Below, one piece after another: positions 19,917 through 30,065 of a DNA stretch of 64,000 nt. Below the pieces are notes generated by a model. The model did not search any database. It was not told the origin of the DNA and saw nothing but the letters and a program-made list of their open reading frames with translations. This DNA is from Fidelibacterota bacterium (GTDB taxonomy: Bacteria > Fidelibacterota > Marinisomatia > Marinisomatales > UBA1611). The position numbers and the translations under genes are program-made. Every line of letters begins with the position of its first letter. Positions within the stretch are counted from its first letter, which is position 1. The DNA lies in the NCBI GenBank assembly GCA_002708715.1, contig PAPB01000028.1, forward strand, positions 8,611 through 72,610. The letters are read 5' to 3'.

Positions 19917-21164
19917 TTACGGTAACAGTGAATCATAGTAGTCATCAACACTGTCGTAATCCATTTTCCCAACAAAATTAGAAAATACAAAATAGCTAAC
20001 TAAATAATTCATATCAGTCACCCAATTAGGTAAAAACTTTGGTTTCTGTAAAAATCCATCTTCTCTCATCCGAAGAAGTATAGGTATATCATCAAGATCA
20101 ACCTTGCCAGAAAATAACACCTCAATCGCATCTTTATTTCCTCTTAAAATAGCTGATCTAAAAAAATTATGAACCCTTACCAAACCATCCAAATACACAA
20201 TATCCTTTGTAAAAGGAGCTCCTCCGCTTAATACCCCTCCTCTAAACACCCTTCTCGCATCCTCAAAGGCCTGAGTCTTCTTACCAGCCCTTTTTAAGAA
20301 AAAACGATATACCTCAATAAAATCTGCACCATCTATAGCCATTTGGATTGCTATAACTCTATCTGAGATTCTATACATTCGATTTACATCAATACAGCCC
20401 GTTATAAATTCAGAAAATACTGCAAGACCCTCTTGAGTTTTAGTGATTGAACCATATTTAGCACCAAGAATTTTTAAATCTTTTTGAAGGCGTCCATTTA
20501 AAGTGGTTGCAACATGAGTAAATGCCTCATGATTTACCAATTGCTCCACATCCTTACTTGTAAAGGTTGCACCTTTCCTTAATCGGATTCTTTTTGAACT
20601 GGCAGTGGCCTTAGCTGATAAATTGTCTTTGATCAGCACCTCTGGACTTTGGGATCCAAACACAGGAGTTATTCTTGATTCAATTTCTTTTTTAACATCA
20701 GCAATAGTAATAGTCTTACTACGTAATGACTTAGAGAAACGTTCAAAATACGAATCAATTAATGATTCAAATTGTCTTGCAAGATCAATCGTGGATGTTT
20801 TACCATCTCTTAAAAAACCGCTTGGAGAACCATATATTTTTTCAGAATTTTGAAAGAACTCTTTTGTTCCACAGGAATTTAATAGGTCAACGCTTGACCT
20901 AATATCATTTGCTTTGGATCGTAACCAGTGATCATATGGAGTATCACCAAATACACTTTCAATACTTGTTAATTTATTTAGTATATCTCCTGAGTCAAAT
21001 TTTAAATATTCTACTTTAGGAAGCTTTTCAGACTTGGTTCTAAAAAATTTAAAACGAACATTGTCTGGCCATACTAAATGACGAAGAATTTTGACTCGCC
21101 TACTTATTTCATAAAGACTAGAGGATATCTGCTTTATTCTTATTGAATCTTTTTTACTGATCAT
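19917..21164 (-). CDS. QEGLA-motif (DUF1704/MATCAP-like) zinc metallopeptidase
   Basis: HEAFTH..T.NG, TQEGLA.FSE, RVFRGG..FTKD.VYL.G. Confidence 0.88.
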   Translation of the reverse strand: MISKKDSIRIKQISSSLYEISRRVKILRHLVWPDNVRFKFFRTKSEKLPKVEYLKFDSGDILNKLTSIESVFGDTPYDHWLRSKANDIRSSVDLLNSCGTKEFFQNSEKIYGSPSGFLRDGKTSTIDLARQFESLIDSYFERFSKSLRSKTITIADVKKEIESRITPVFGSQSPEVLIKDNLSAKATASSKRIRLRKGATFTSKDVEQLVNHEAFTHVATTLNGRLQKDLKILGAKYGSITKTQEGLAVFSEFITGCIDVNRMYRISDRVIAIQMAIDGADFIEVYRFFLKRAGKKTQAFEDARRVFRGGVLSGGAPFTKDIVYLDGLVRVHNFFRSAILRGNKDAIEVLFSGKVDLDDIPILLRMREDGFLQKPKFLPNWVTDMNYLVSYFVFSNFVGKMDYDSVDDYYDSLLP

Positions 21165-21174
21165 GCAATTAAGA

Positions 21175-22476
21175 TTATACTATTTTACCAATCAATTCAT
21201 ATTCATTTGCGTCCTGTATTTTCACATTAGCAAAGGTTCCAACATCAGCCTTACCCTTGACATGGACAATATTATCAATCTCTGGCGAATCAAATTCAGT
21301 CCTTCCTACGCTTATATTTTCGCTGCCTTTATCAATAATAACCTTTAAAACTTTACCAATAAAAGACTCATTCTTTTCCAGACTAATATCTTGCTGAATA
21401 TCCTGGAGTAGATTCTTTCTTTGATCTTTTGTTTTACGATCTACATCATCCTTTAGATTTGCAGCTTCTGTTCCTTCCTCTTCGGAATATGTAAAGATAC
21501 CTAAACGATCAAACCTTACTTCTTCAATAAAGTTTCGAACAGATTCGAAGTGATCGTCTGTCTCACCTGGATAACCAACAATGAGAGTGGTTCTCAGTGC
21601 TATATCTGGAACTGCCTCTCTCAACCTTGAAATACGATTACGAATACCATCTCGTCCGAGTCCTCTTTTCATAGACTTAAGTATATCATCCGCTGCGTGC
21701 TGGATAGGCATATCAATGTAATGACAAACTTTATCACACTCAGCTATTGAATCAATTATTCTCTGAGAGAGATGAGCGGGATGTGCATAGTGGATTCTTA
21801 TCCATTCAATATCCTTTATCGTATTTAATTCTTTTATTAAATCACTGAGATATACCTTCGTATCTAGATCCCACCCATATGAGGTGCTATCCTGAGCAAT
21901 GACGAGTAGTTCTTTTGTTCCATTTTTTGCTAGTTGCTCTGCCTCTTGCATAATTGCTGGGATAGTACGACTTTTTTGAAGACCTCTCATTAGTGGGATA
22001 CTACAAAAAGTACAACCATTATCACATCCTTCTGCAATTTTTAAGTAAGCGTAATGCTTAGGAGTCATTAACGATCGAAAAAATAACGGATCATCTCTTG
22101 AAAATTCTTTTCCTGTTAAGAATGAGACGATCTGCTGGTGATCATTGCTACCAAAAATTTGATCTATTTCAGGAATTTCTTCTTTTATTTGGTTTGGATA
22201 CCTCTCTGATAAACATCCCATAACAACCAATTCTTTTAGATTCCCAGTTTTTTTTAATTCAGCTGCCTCTAAAATAGTATTTACAGATTCCTCCCGAGCA
22301 ATATCAAGAAATCCACAAGTATTAACAATGATAGTCTCTGCATCCTCTGGGTATTTTGCAATATCGATATTAGTTTGTTTGAGACCACCTAATAAGATCT
22401 CCGAGTCTACAAGGTTTTTTGCACAGCCCAGACTAATAATATTTACTTGCTTTTTATTTATTATTCTATTTTTCAC
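21175..22476 (-). CDS. rimO: Ribosomal protein S12 methylthiotransferase RimO
   Basis: SLGCAKNLVDSE, VNTCGF, AYLKIAEGCDNGCTFCSIP, C-terminal TRAM with SPEID. Confidence 0.95.
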   Translation of the reverse strand: MKNRIINKKQVNIISLGCAKNLVDSEILLGGLKQTNIDIAKYPEDAETIIVNTCGFLDIAREESVNTILEAAELKKTGNLKELVVMGCLSERYPNQIKEEIPEIDQIFGSNDHQQIVSFLTGKEFSRDDPLFFRSLMTPKHYAYLKIAEGCDNGCTFCSIPLMRGLQKSRTIPAIMQEAEQLAKNGTKELLVIAQDSTSYGWDLDTKVYLSDLIKELNTIKDIEWIRIHYAHPAHLSQRIIDSIAECDKVCHYIDMPIQHAADDILKSMKRGLGRDGIRNRISRLREAVPDIALRTTLIVGYPGETDDHFESVRNFIEEVRFDRLGIFTYSEEEGTEAANLKDDVDRKTKDQRKNLLQDIQQDISLEKNESFIGKVLKVIIDKGSENISVGRTEFDSPEIDNIVHVKGKADVGTFANVKIQDANEYELIGKIV

Positions 22477-22478
22477 AG

Positions 22479-23366
22479 TTAATTATTTGTTAACAAATTA
22501 TCAATATATTGAATTGAATTAAAAACAGCTAAGTCTTCAATAGTTTCTCCAGTTCCAATAAAATTAACTGGAATACGTAAATCATCATATAGAGGGAAAA
22601 CAATCCCTCCCTTAGCAGTTCCATCTAATTTTGTAATAATAGCTCCATTAATATCTATATATTCATTGAATTCTTTTGCCTGCACAAGAGAATTTTGTCC
22701 AAGACTCGCATCTATAGTAATAAGTGAAATTTTTGAAAAAACGGAAAACCTATTAGTAATCACTCTATTAATTTTATCTAATTCTCTCATCAAATTAGAA
22801 CTAGTATGTAATCTTCCAGCTGTATCAATAATAACTAAATCACTTTCATGCGCGATAGCAGACTCCAAACCATTAAATACAACAGATGCTGGTTCAGATG
22901 TCTCTTCATTACAAACAAGCTTACATCCAACTCGTTCACTCCATATTTTGATCTGATCCACAGCAGCTGCGCGATAGGTATCTGCAGCAACCAATGTAAT
23001 TTTATAGCCTAATTTTTTATAATAATAAGCAAGCTTCGCCGAAGTTGTAGTTTTCCCACTACCATTAACTCCAACAACTAATAATACAGTTTTTTCATTA
23101 TTTAAATCTAATTCAGAATTCTCGGGTAACATTTTTAATAAAGAAGATCGGATAGCTTCACCCATATCTGTTTTATCATAAATTTTGGATTGAATTATAT
23201 CTATAATATTTTCAGCTATATCATAACCAATATCAGTTTCTATCAAAAGTTCTTCAATAGTGTCCAATTCATCTTGAGAAATATTATCTTTTTTAGATAA
23301 AAAATTAAAAATTTGTAAAAAATTCGTTCTTGATCTGTTAAGTGCGCTAAAAATACTTTTAATCAT
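22479..23366 (-). CDS. ftsY: Signal recognition particle receptor FtsY
   Basis: GVNGSGKTTT, DTYRAAA, DTAGR, TKLDGTAKGG; start probably MIKSIF at 23366. Confidence 0.95.
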   Translation of the reverse strand: MIKSIFSALNRSRTNFLQIFNFLSKKDNISQDELDTIEELLIETDIGYDIAENIIDIIQSKIYDKTDMGEAIRSSLLKMLPENSELDLNNEKTVLLVVGVNGSGKTTTSAKLAYYYKKLGYKITLVAADTYRAAAVDQIKIWSERVGCKLVCNEETSEPASVVFNGLESAIAHESDLVIIDTAGRLHTSSNLMRELDKINRVITNRFSVFSKISLITIDASLGQNSLVQAKEFNEYIDINGAIITKLDGTAKGGIVFPLYDDLRIPVNFIGTGETIEDLAVFNSIQYIDNLLTNN

Positions 23367-23946
23367 GATGAGAACGAATTGCAATAATAAATTGTTTTAG
23401 ATATTGAGCCATACTAATTATAAGCAATAATGTAGCAACATATATCGAGGTCATTTTTAACCATGGGAGAGCACTAAAATCAAATATATGAAGGAATATT
23501 CCTAATGTACTAATTCCTGTCGCCCACTTACCCCACCAATTAGCATGCAAAATCATATATCCATAATTAATGCAATAGATAGCAAACCCAGCTATGATTA
23601 CATGCCTTAACAAATAAAAGGAGAAAAACCATATAGGGAACTGATTTGTACCTACCAGATAGACAAGTATCGAAATAATAACAATAAAATCAGCAGCAGG
23701 ATCAAGCCACTTTCCAAAATGTGTTACAGCCTTAGCTCGCCTAGCAAAATAGCCATCTAAAGCATCTGAAAGAATAGCAATTAATATGAAAATACCTGTA
23801 GTCCAATTCCATAATGGATAAGCCATCGAATAAATAATTGGGATTGTTAAGAATGCTCTAAATAAACTTATAAAATTTGCCAAAGTTAAAACTCGGGTCG
23901 GATCATTTATTATTCTATCTTTTAATTTGATTTTTTGCTTTGCCAT
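23359..23946 (-). CDS. CDP-alcohol phosphatidyltransferase (PgsA-like phospholipid synthase)
   Basis: DALDGYFARR..FGKWLDPAAD signature; multiple TM helices. Confidence 0.9.
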   Translation of the reverse strand: MAKQKIKLKDRIINDPTRVLTLANFISLFRAFLTIPIIYSMAYPLWNWTTGIFILIAILSDALDGYFARRAKAVTHFGKWLDPAADFIVIISILVYLVGTNQFPIWFFSFYLLRHVIIAGFAIYCINYGYMILHANWWGKWATGISTLGIFLHIFDFSALPWLKMTSIYVATLLLIISMAQYLKQFIIAIRSHHD

Positions 23947-23947
23947 A

Positions 23948-25231
23948 TTAATCAGCTATTAATGCATCAATAATTTTTTCAGTTGAACCTATATTTTTTA
24001 AAATAACTTCACTTGAAGCAGAACTTGAATTCTCAAATAAAACTTTATTATTAAATAATTCCATGAGTGTAGTTTCAAATTTTATACTATTGTATACGCA
24101 GAATCCGCCTCCTAATTCAAGCATTTGTTTTGCCTCATCAAAATCTTCATACCTTGGACCAAATATTACTGGTAATCCAGCAATAGCAGGCTCCATAATA
24201 TTATGTATACCTGTTGAAAATCCACCTCCAATATAGGCAACCTGACCGTACCAATACAGACTTGACAATAATCCTATTTTACTAACAATAATAATATTTT
24301 TATTTGAGGAAGTGATATCAATCAAATCTGCAAATACAGTTGATTCATATCCTAAACTCAAATACTTAGATTGAATTCTTGCAATATTTTTTTGGTTAGG
24401 CTCATGAGGAGCATGCAAAATTTTAAGGTCTGGTACTTTTTTGAGTAGATTAACTAAACCTGGTATTATTTGTTGATCATCTTCAAAATGAGAGCTTCCA
24501 ATAATAATATATTTATCTCTATCTGATAATATCTTACGATCTTCAGGAATAAAATTTTTAGATGTTTTATATACCGTATCATATCTTGGGTTACCTAAGG
24601 CTAAAACATTAGGGATGACCACATCACCAAGAATATCTGTATATAATACCTTATCTTTTTCAGTAATCGTATATATACTATTAAATGATCTATACAGTGA
24701 TCGAAAAAAATTTTTAACTATTGGAATATTTTTTATAGAATTTTCTTTAGCCTTTGCGGCAACAATACTTAAATCAATATTTTTAGATTTAGACATCCAT
24801 AAAAGATTGGGCCATAAATCATATGAAGCAAAAATTATTTTTTTAGGTTGCACATATTTTAATGCTCTTCGAATAATCCAAGGAAAATCAAAAGGTAAAT
24901 AAAATTTTAAATTAATAGCATCACTAGCTGCATTATCCATACCTGAGGGTGAAGAGAAACTTAGTATATTAATATATTGCTTCTTCCTTTCTTTACACCC
25001 TTCAATAATAGGTTTTATTTGATAAAATTCACCTAAACTTGCAGCATGGTACCAGTAAACCTTTCTATCTGTATTATGAACTTTAAAATATTCTTTTAAA
25101 ATATTAATGGAATTAAACCTCCCAATCATTCCTTGTCTTAACTTATTTTGAAATATTGCAAGAAAAGAGCATATAAGAAAAAGTGATGGGTAAAAAAGGC
25201 CGTTATATAATAAATACCAAAATATTCTCAT
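23948..25231 (-). CDS. waaA: Kdo transferase (GT30)
   Basis: WYHAASLGE, YLPFD, GNPRYD, AYIGGGF..HNIMEPA.G.PVIFGP. Confidence 0.9.
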   Translation of the reverse strand: MRIFWYLLYNGLFYPSLFLICSFLAIFQNKLRQGMIGRFNSINILKEYFKVHNTDRKVYWYHAASLGEFYQIKPIIEGCKERKKQYINILSFSSPSGMDNAASDAINLKFYLPFDFPWIIRRALKYVQPKKIIFASYDLWPNLLWMSKSKNIDLSIVAAKAKENSIKNIPIVKNFFRSLYRSFNSIYTITEKDKVLYTDILGDVVIPNVLALGNPRYDTVYKTSKNFIPEDRKILSDRDKYIIIGSSHFEDDQQIIPGLVNLLKKVPDLKILHAPHEPNQKNIARIQSKYLSLGYESTVFADLIDITSSNKNIIIVSKIGLLSSLYWYGQVAYIGGGFSTGIHNIMEPAIAGLPVIFGPRYEDFDEAKQMLELGGGFCVYNSIKFETTLMELFNNKVLFENSSSASSEVILKNIGSTEKIIDALIAD

Positions 25232-26235
25232 TATAATTCTGCTTTCAATATACTTTCTATTACATCTGATGGTTTAATTAAATCCATACATAGTTGCGTT
25301 TTCCTATAGCAAGGAAATTTCCCATTTTGAGAACACGGCCTACACCAAATATCTTTTTCAATTTCAATTGAATTATCTAAATGAACTCCAGCACCAGTTT
25401 GCCTTGATGTTGGGCCTAAGATCATTGACACGCTTTTACCCAATGCTTCGGCTGCATGTAAAAGTCCAGTATCACTTCCAATAATATATTCAGCATTAGA
25501 AAGAATAGCTAACGCAAGCCTTAAATCTGTTTTGCCAATAAGATTTATTGATTTGTCTACTTCTAATGAAATATCTTCACAAATTTTATCTGTTTTTGAA
25601 CCAATAAGTACACATGGTAAATCTATTTGATTTAATGTCTCAATATAATTACTAACAGACCATTGCTTCTGCTTCCAGGCAGCACCAGGCACTACCGCAA
25701 TGAATTGGTCAAAAACACCTTTTGATATAAGCATACTTTTTGCCATAGCTTTTTCATGTTGACTTACAAAAAGAGAAGTTGGTGGTATCTTATCTCCAAC
25801 TTTCCAAATTGCACCGATATGTTCATGAAACATTTTTAATGAAGAGAAAGAAGAATTAAATCTATTAAAATGAAAAAAAAATAATAAAAATCTATTTATG
25901 CGGGGTTTTTTTATTTTATAATTAGTCCCTTTACTTCTTAATAATAAAATATTAGATCGAATAGAATTATGTAAATCAAAAATAAAACTATATTCTTTTT
26001 TCTCTATATATTCACATAAATCCCATATCTCTTTTAGAGTTTTTTTTCTTTTAATTGATAATAAAAAGTCAATATCAGGATGTAATTCTAAAATAGGAGC
26101 ATAATCATCGAGGGTTAAAAATGTAATTTGGGCATCTGGATATGCATTACGTATTGTTTTAAGAGGAGAGGTTGATTGTACAATATCACCAATTGAACTA
26201 AATCTGACAACTAAGACTTTTTGATCAAATTTCAT
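25231..26235 (-). CDS. GT9 LPS heptosyltransferase
   Basis: RFSSIGDIV, DLH, PGAAWKQKQW, DTGLLHAAEALG..GPT, CRPC. Confidence 0.9.
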   Translation of the reverse strand: MKFDQKVLVVRFSSIGDIVQSTSPLKTIRNAYPDAQITFLTLDDYAPILELHPDIDFLLSIKRKKTLKEIWDLCEYIEKKEYSFIFDLHNSIRSNILLLRSKGTNYKIKKPRINRFLLFFFHFNRFNSSFSSLKMFHEHIGAIWKVGDKIPPTSLFVSQHEKAMAKSMLISKGVFDQFIAVVPGAAWKQKQWSVSNYIETLNQIDLPCVLIGSKTDKICEDISLEVDKSINLIGKTDLRLALAILSNAEYIIGSDTGLLHAAEALGKSVSMILGPTSRQTGAGVHLDNSIEIEKDIWCRPCSQNGKFPCYRKTQLCMDLIKPSDVIESILKAEL

Positions 26236-26240
26236 TAGAA

Positions 26241-27233
26241 CTATTTAACTCGTGAAACATTAAAAGTGATAATTTTTATTAATGAATCTTTTATTATTGA
26301 ATCTGGATAATGTGATATTGCATCTTTAGCTAGTTCAGAATATTCATTCATTTTTTTTATAGAATATTCTATACCTCCAGCATCCGTTACCAGACCAAGA
26401 ATGTCTGATAAATTTTTCTTATTCTTTCTTTTTATACTTAATAGTTTATTTAATTGACGTTTCTCACTTCTAGACATGTTTGCTTCGGCATATATTATAG
26501 GTAACGTAATCATATTACTTTTTACATCATTATTACCATTTTTACCTGTATCGTTTTCACTTCCAACTATATCAAATAAATCATCTTTAATTTGAAATGC
26601 AATGCCCAGATTATATCCAAAATTATAAGTTGATTTTATATCAATATTATTTTTTGTTGTGGTAATTGCACCTAATTCACAACTTGTAGCAATAAGAGAA
26701 GCAGTCTTTTGACTAATCATATCAAAATAAGTATCCTCATCCATCGATCTTGTAATACTTTTTTCAATTTGTAGAATTTCACCAGCGCTCAATTTTTCAG
26801 CAGTTATTGAGATCCTCTCTAAGGCTTCAAAATCTTTCAATCGTATCATATTAATTAAAGCTTTACTCAATAAAAAATCTCCCATTAAAACAGATAATTT
26901 GTTTTTCCACACAAAATTTAATGAAGGCATTCCTCTTCTCAAGGTTGCTTCATCAACAACGTCATCATGAATTAAAGTAGCTACATGTAATAATTCCATC
27001 ATAGCTGCCGCTCTATATGTATTAATTGTAGGTTCACCACATAGCCTTGCAGAAAGAATTGTAAGAGATGGTCTAATATTTTTACCTCTATTTCGAATCA
27101 TATATTTTGCAATAGAGTTTATCAAACGAACGTCTGACTTGATTGCTCTGTCATACTCTATTTCAAAAGTACTTAGATCATCCATTATTGGAGACATTAT
27201 CTCTTGTAGATAATCTTTTCGTTTATTTATCAT
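26241..27233 (-). CDS. Polyprenyl diphosphate synthase (IspB-like)
   Basis: GKNIRP, LIHDDVVD..RRG, KTASL, FQIKDDLFD. Confidence 0.93.
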   Translation of the reverse strand: MINKRKDYLQEIMSPIMDDLSTFEIEYDRAIKSDVRLINSIAKYMIRNRGKNIRPSLTILSARLCGEPTINTYRAAAMMELLHVATLIHDDVVDEATLRRGMPSLNFVWKNKLSVLMGDFLLSKALINMIRLKDFEALERISITAEKLSAGEILQIEKSITRSMDEDTYFDMISQKTASLIATSCELGAITTTKNNIDIKSTYNFGYNLGIAFQIKDDLFDIVGSENDTGKNGNNDVKSNMITLPIIYAEANMSRSEKRQLNKLLSIKRKNKKNLSDILGLVTDAGGIEYSIKKMNEYSELAKDAISHYPDSIIKDSLIKIITFNVSRVK

Positions 27234-27268
27234 TTTTAAAACTACTTTTTAATAGTTATTCAATTCAA

Positions 27269-27997
27269 TTACGTTCTTTTTCTATTTACAATCCATGAAA
27301 CACCAATACTTGCTTCATAAAGTAAAGCTAATGGAAAAGACATAATCAACATAGATACTGGATCAGGAGGAGTTATAAATGAAGAGACTACTAATATTGC
27401 TATAATTGAATGTCGTCTATAATGTCTCATGAAAGCTGGTGTTAGAATACCAATAGAAGATAAAATAAGTGATATCACAGGAAGCTGAAAAATGATACCA
27501 GCTCCTAATAACAACCAAGTTAAAAAACTAAAATAATATTGTATTGAAAAATTATTTTGAACATCGGGATTGCCAATGCCACTAAAAAATTCCAAAGAAT
27601 AGGGGACAATAACAAAATATCCAAAAAGTACTCCCCCAACAAAAGATGTAAATCCAAAGAATACTACTGGAAAAACAAATCTTTTTTCATTAGCTAAAAG
27701 CCCAGGAGCAATAAACTTCCATGTTTGATAGATTAGATAAGGTAATGAAATAATAAATCCTGAAATAAAAGAAATAAACCATTTAATTAAAAACATACCT
27801 TGAACTGTTAACACCTGAAGTTTAATAGGATGGGTGGTTATTTTTGTTGGGTTCAATAAAATATTTAAGATTATATCAATATTACTAAATGAAATAATCG
27901 ATCCTATTGCAATCGCTATGAGAGACCTTACCAGCCTCCATCTGAGTTCCTCTAGATGGTCTAAAAAACCCATATCTTGATTATTTTTTTTTAACAA
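27269..27997 (-). CDS. tatC: Twin-arginine translocase subunit TatC
   Basis: HLEELRWRL, FIAPGL..E, FQLP, ITPPD. Confidence 0.95.
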   Translation of the reverse strand: MLKKNNQDMGFLDHLEELRWRLVRSLIAIAIGSIISFSNIDIILNILLNPTKITTHPIKLQVLTVQGMFLIKWFISFISGFIISLPYLIYQTWKFIAPGLLANEKRFVFPVVFFGFTSFVGGVLFGYFVIVPYSLEFFSGIGNPDVQNNFSIQYYFSFLTWLLLGAGIIFQLPVISLILSSIGILTPAFMRHYRRHSIIAILVVSSFITPPDPVSMLIMSFPLALLYEASIGVSWIVNRKRT

Positions 27998-27999
27998 TC

Positions 28000-28935
28000 T
28001 TATTGCTTTTCCAGAAGTTGTTTTGCCATTAGATGGGGTGGCAATACAATCTTATCTAATGATTTTGTAGCTTGATTAAGTTGATTAATTTTATCAGTGT
28101 TCCAAAAAGAATTTTCTAAGTTAAGCCTTATAAGGCTTAGTACCCTTTCTTTGTATCTGTGAAGACGACGATATTCTAAACTACCATTAATGCTCATGGA
28201 TTTTAATAAGTTTTGAATCCCTACAAAAAGTTCTATCACACCATCCTTTTTTGTTGCAATAGTGTTAAAAACTGGCGGCTCAACATTATCTGCTTTTTTT
28301 ACAGTATGTAAAATATTTTTTAGAATCGTAGCAATTCGATTTGCGCCATTTCTATCTGATTTATTAATTACAAATAAATCTGCAATTTCCAATAGGCCTG
28401 CTTTCATAAGTTGTATTTCGTCTCCTGACTCTGGTACGAGAATAACAATACAAATATCAGCTACATTCATAATATCATGCTCGCCTTGTCCTACACCAAC
28501 AGTCTCATAAAAAATAATATCCTTACCACTCGCGGCTAACACATCTCCAATTTCTTGAGCCTTATTGGAAAGCCCACCCAAATTACAATGATTACCCACA
28601 CTACGGAGGAACACACGATCATCCCAAGAATATTGATTCATCCTTACTCTATCGCCAAGTAATGCACCACCAGTAAATGGACTTGTAGGATCTACAGCCA
28701 CGACTCCTACAGTTTTATTATTTGCTAAATAAGTCTCAATTAAAGCATTTGTTAAAGTACTTTTTCCTGCACCTGGTGGTCCGGTAATACCAATACGTAT
28801 AGCATTGGAAGCATTTGCATGTACCTCACTTAAAAATGGTTCAGGAGGAGTTTGGTGATTTTCAATAAGCGTTATAGCTCTTGAAATCGATCCATGGTTA
28901 TTATCTAAAATACCATGGATAAGACTCTGAGGCAT
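28000..28935 (-). CDS. meaB: Methylmalonyl-CoA mutase-associated GTPase MeaB
   Basis: GITGPPGAGKST, AVDPTSPFTGGALLGDRVRM, ETVGVGQ, NKSD. Confidence 0.92.
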   Translation of the reverse strand: MPQSLIHGILDNNHGSISRAITLIENHQTPPEPFLSEVHANASNAIRIGITGPPGAGKSTLTNALIETYLANNKTVGVVAVDPTSPFTGGALLGDRVRMNQYSWDDRVFLRSVGNHCNLGGLSNKAQEIGDVLAASGKDIIFYETVGVGQGEHDIMNVADICIVILVPESGDEIQLMKAGLLEIADLFVINKSDRNGANRIATILKNILHTVKKADNVEPPVFNTIATKKDGVIELFVGIQNLLKSMSINGSLEYRRLHRYKERVLSLIRLNLENSFWNTDKINQLNQATKSLDKIVLPPHLMAKQLLEKQ

Positions 28936-29619
28936 CTATGAATCAAACTCCTTAATAAAATTTTTATAATCTAAGATTATTAGTTCTCTACCATGACGTT
29001 CAATATATTTTTCTTCTGCTAGTAGCCCCATAGCTCTAGATACTGTTTCTCGTGATGTGCCTGCCATATTTGCAATATCTTGTTGTATTGGTACTTTAGG
29101 TACAGTTACCTTGCCATTCCTAATCATTCCCTGTTCATCTGCAAAACGTATAATGCATAGGGCGATCCTTTTTTCTGCATCACTAAGTGAAAGACTTACT
29201 ATTTGTCTATCACTTTTTCTCAATCTGGATGTCATTTCTTTCAATAGCTGAATAGCAATCTGAGGATAATTATGCAATACTTCTAAAAAGTCATGACGAT
29301 TAAGTATAAGAACCTCAGTTTTTTCTAAAGCAATTACATTTGCAGATCTAGCCTCACCATCAAGCAAGGACATTTCTCCAAAAAAATCTCCAGCATTTAA
29401 CATTGCGAGGATAACTTCTCTTCCATCCTTACTTAATCTTGTAATTTTAACACTTCCTTCAACTACAAAAAATAAATTTTCGCCTTCAGATTCTTCTAAA
29501 AATATTAAATTACCATTCTCAAACTTTTTAGAGATCATTTTATCGGCAATATACCCTAACTCTTCATCCTTTAAATCCCAAAAAAGTGATACAGCTTTTA
29601 ATAGTTCTGTCTTGTTCAT
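28936..29619 (-). CDS. Crp/Fnr-family transcriptional regulator
   Basis: cNMP-binding FFGEMSLLD..RSA; HTH QQDIANMAGTSRETVSR. Confidence 0.95.
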   Translation of the reverse strand: MNKTELLKAVSLFWDLKDEELGYIADKMISKKFENGNLIFLEESEGENLFFVVEGSVKITRLSKDGREVILAMLNAGDFFGEMSLLDGEARSANVIALEKTEVLILNRHDFLEVLHNYPQIAIQLLKEMTSRLRKSDRQIVSLSLSDAEKRIALCIIRFADEQGMIRNGKVTVPKVPIQQDIANMAGTSRETVSRAMGLLAEEKYIERHGRELIILDYKNFIKEFDS

Positions 29620-29742
29620 GTTCTAAAGATACCAATCATATATATATAATCAAATTTTTTAACGAATTATTAAACTAATTATATATTACACTGAATCATA
29701 TATAAATTCATAGTAATTTGATTATAAAAGTAAAAAGGATCA

Positions 29743-29772
29743 TTGACAGGGGAATTATTACAAGTGTAATAT
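29743..29772 (+). promoter_or_regulatory. Sigma70-type promoter of rpsT
   Basis: TTGACA at 29743-29748, TAATAT at 29767-29772 (18-nt spacer); SD AAAGGA before ATG 29803. Confidence 0.65.
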
Positions 29773-29802
29773 TGCCAGCTTTAATACAAAGGAAAACTTT
29801 TA

Positions 29803-30057
29803 ATGGATAGACATCCTCAACAACTAAAAAGAGAAAGACAAGATAAAAAGAGACGTGCTAGAAACGTAGATAGTCTTTCTAGATTGCGCACACATATTAA
29901 AAAAGTCTTAGAATCTAGCTCAAAATCTGATGCTGAAAAAATCTACAGAACTACAGTTAGTATAATTGATAAAGCTGTAAGTAAAAATTTAATTCATAGC
30001 AAAACGGGTGCTCGAAGAAAAGCTCAGATTACCCGTCATATGAATTCTTTAGATTAG
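29803..30057 (+). CDS. rpsT: 30S ribosomal protein S20
   Basis: Basic 84 aa; KRERQ..RN..SRLRT.IKK..IDKAVSKNLIH.K.GARRK. Confidence 0.92.
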   Translation: MDRHPQQLKRERQDKKRRARNVDSLSRLRTHIKKVLESSSKSDAEKIYRTTVSIIDKAVSKNLIHSKTGARRKAQITRHMNSLD

Positions 30058-30065
30058 AATAATAT

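Noticed and set aside
23359-23946. pgsA as the missing PGA gene
   Set aside because: This is a CDP-alcohol phosphatidyltransferase; it only shares a name with poly-gamma-glutamate PgsA/CapA
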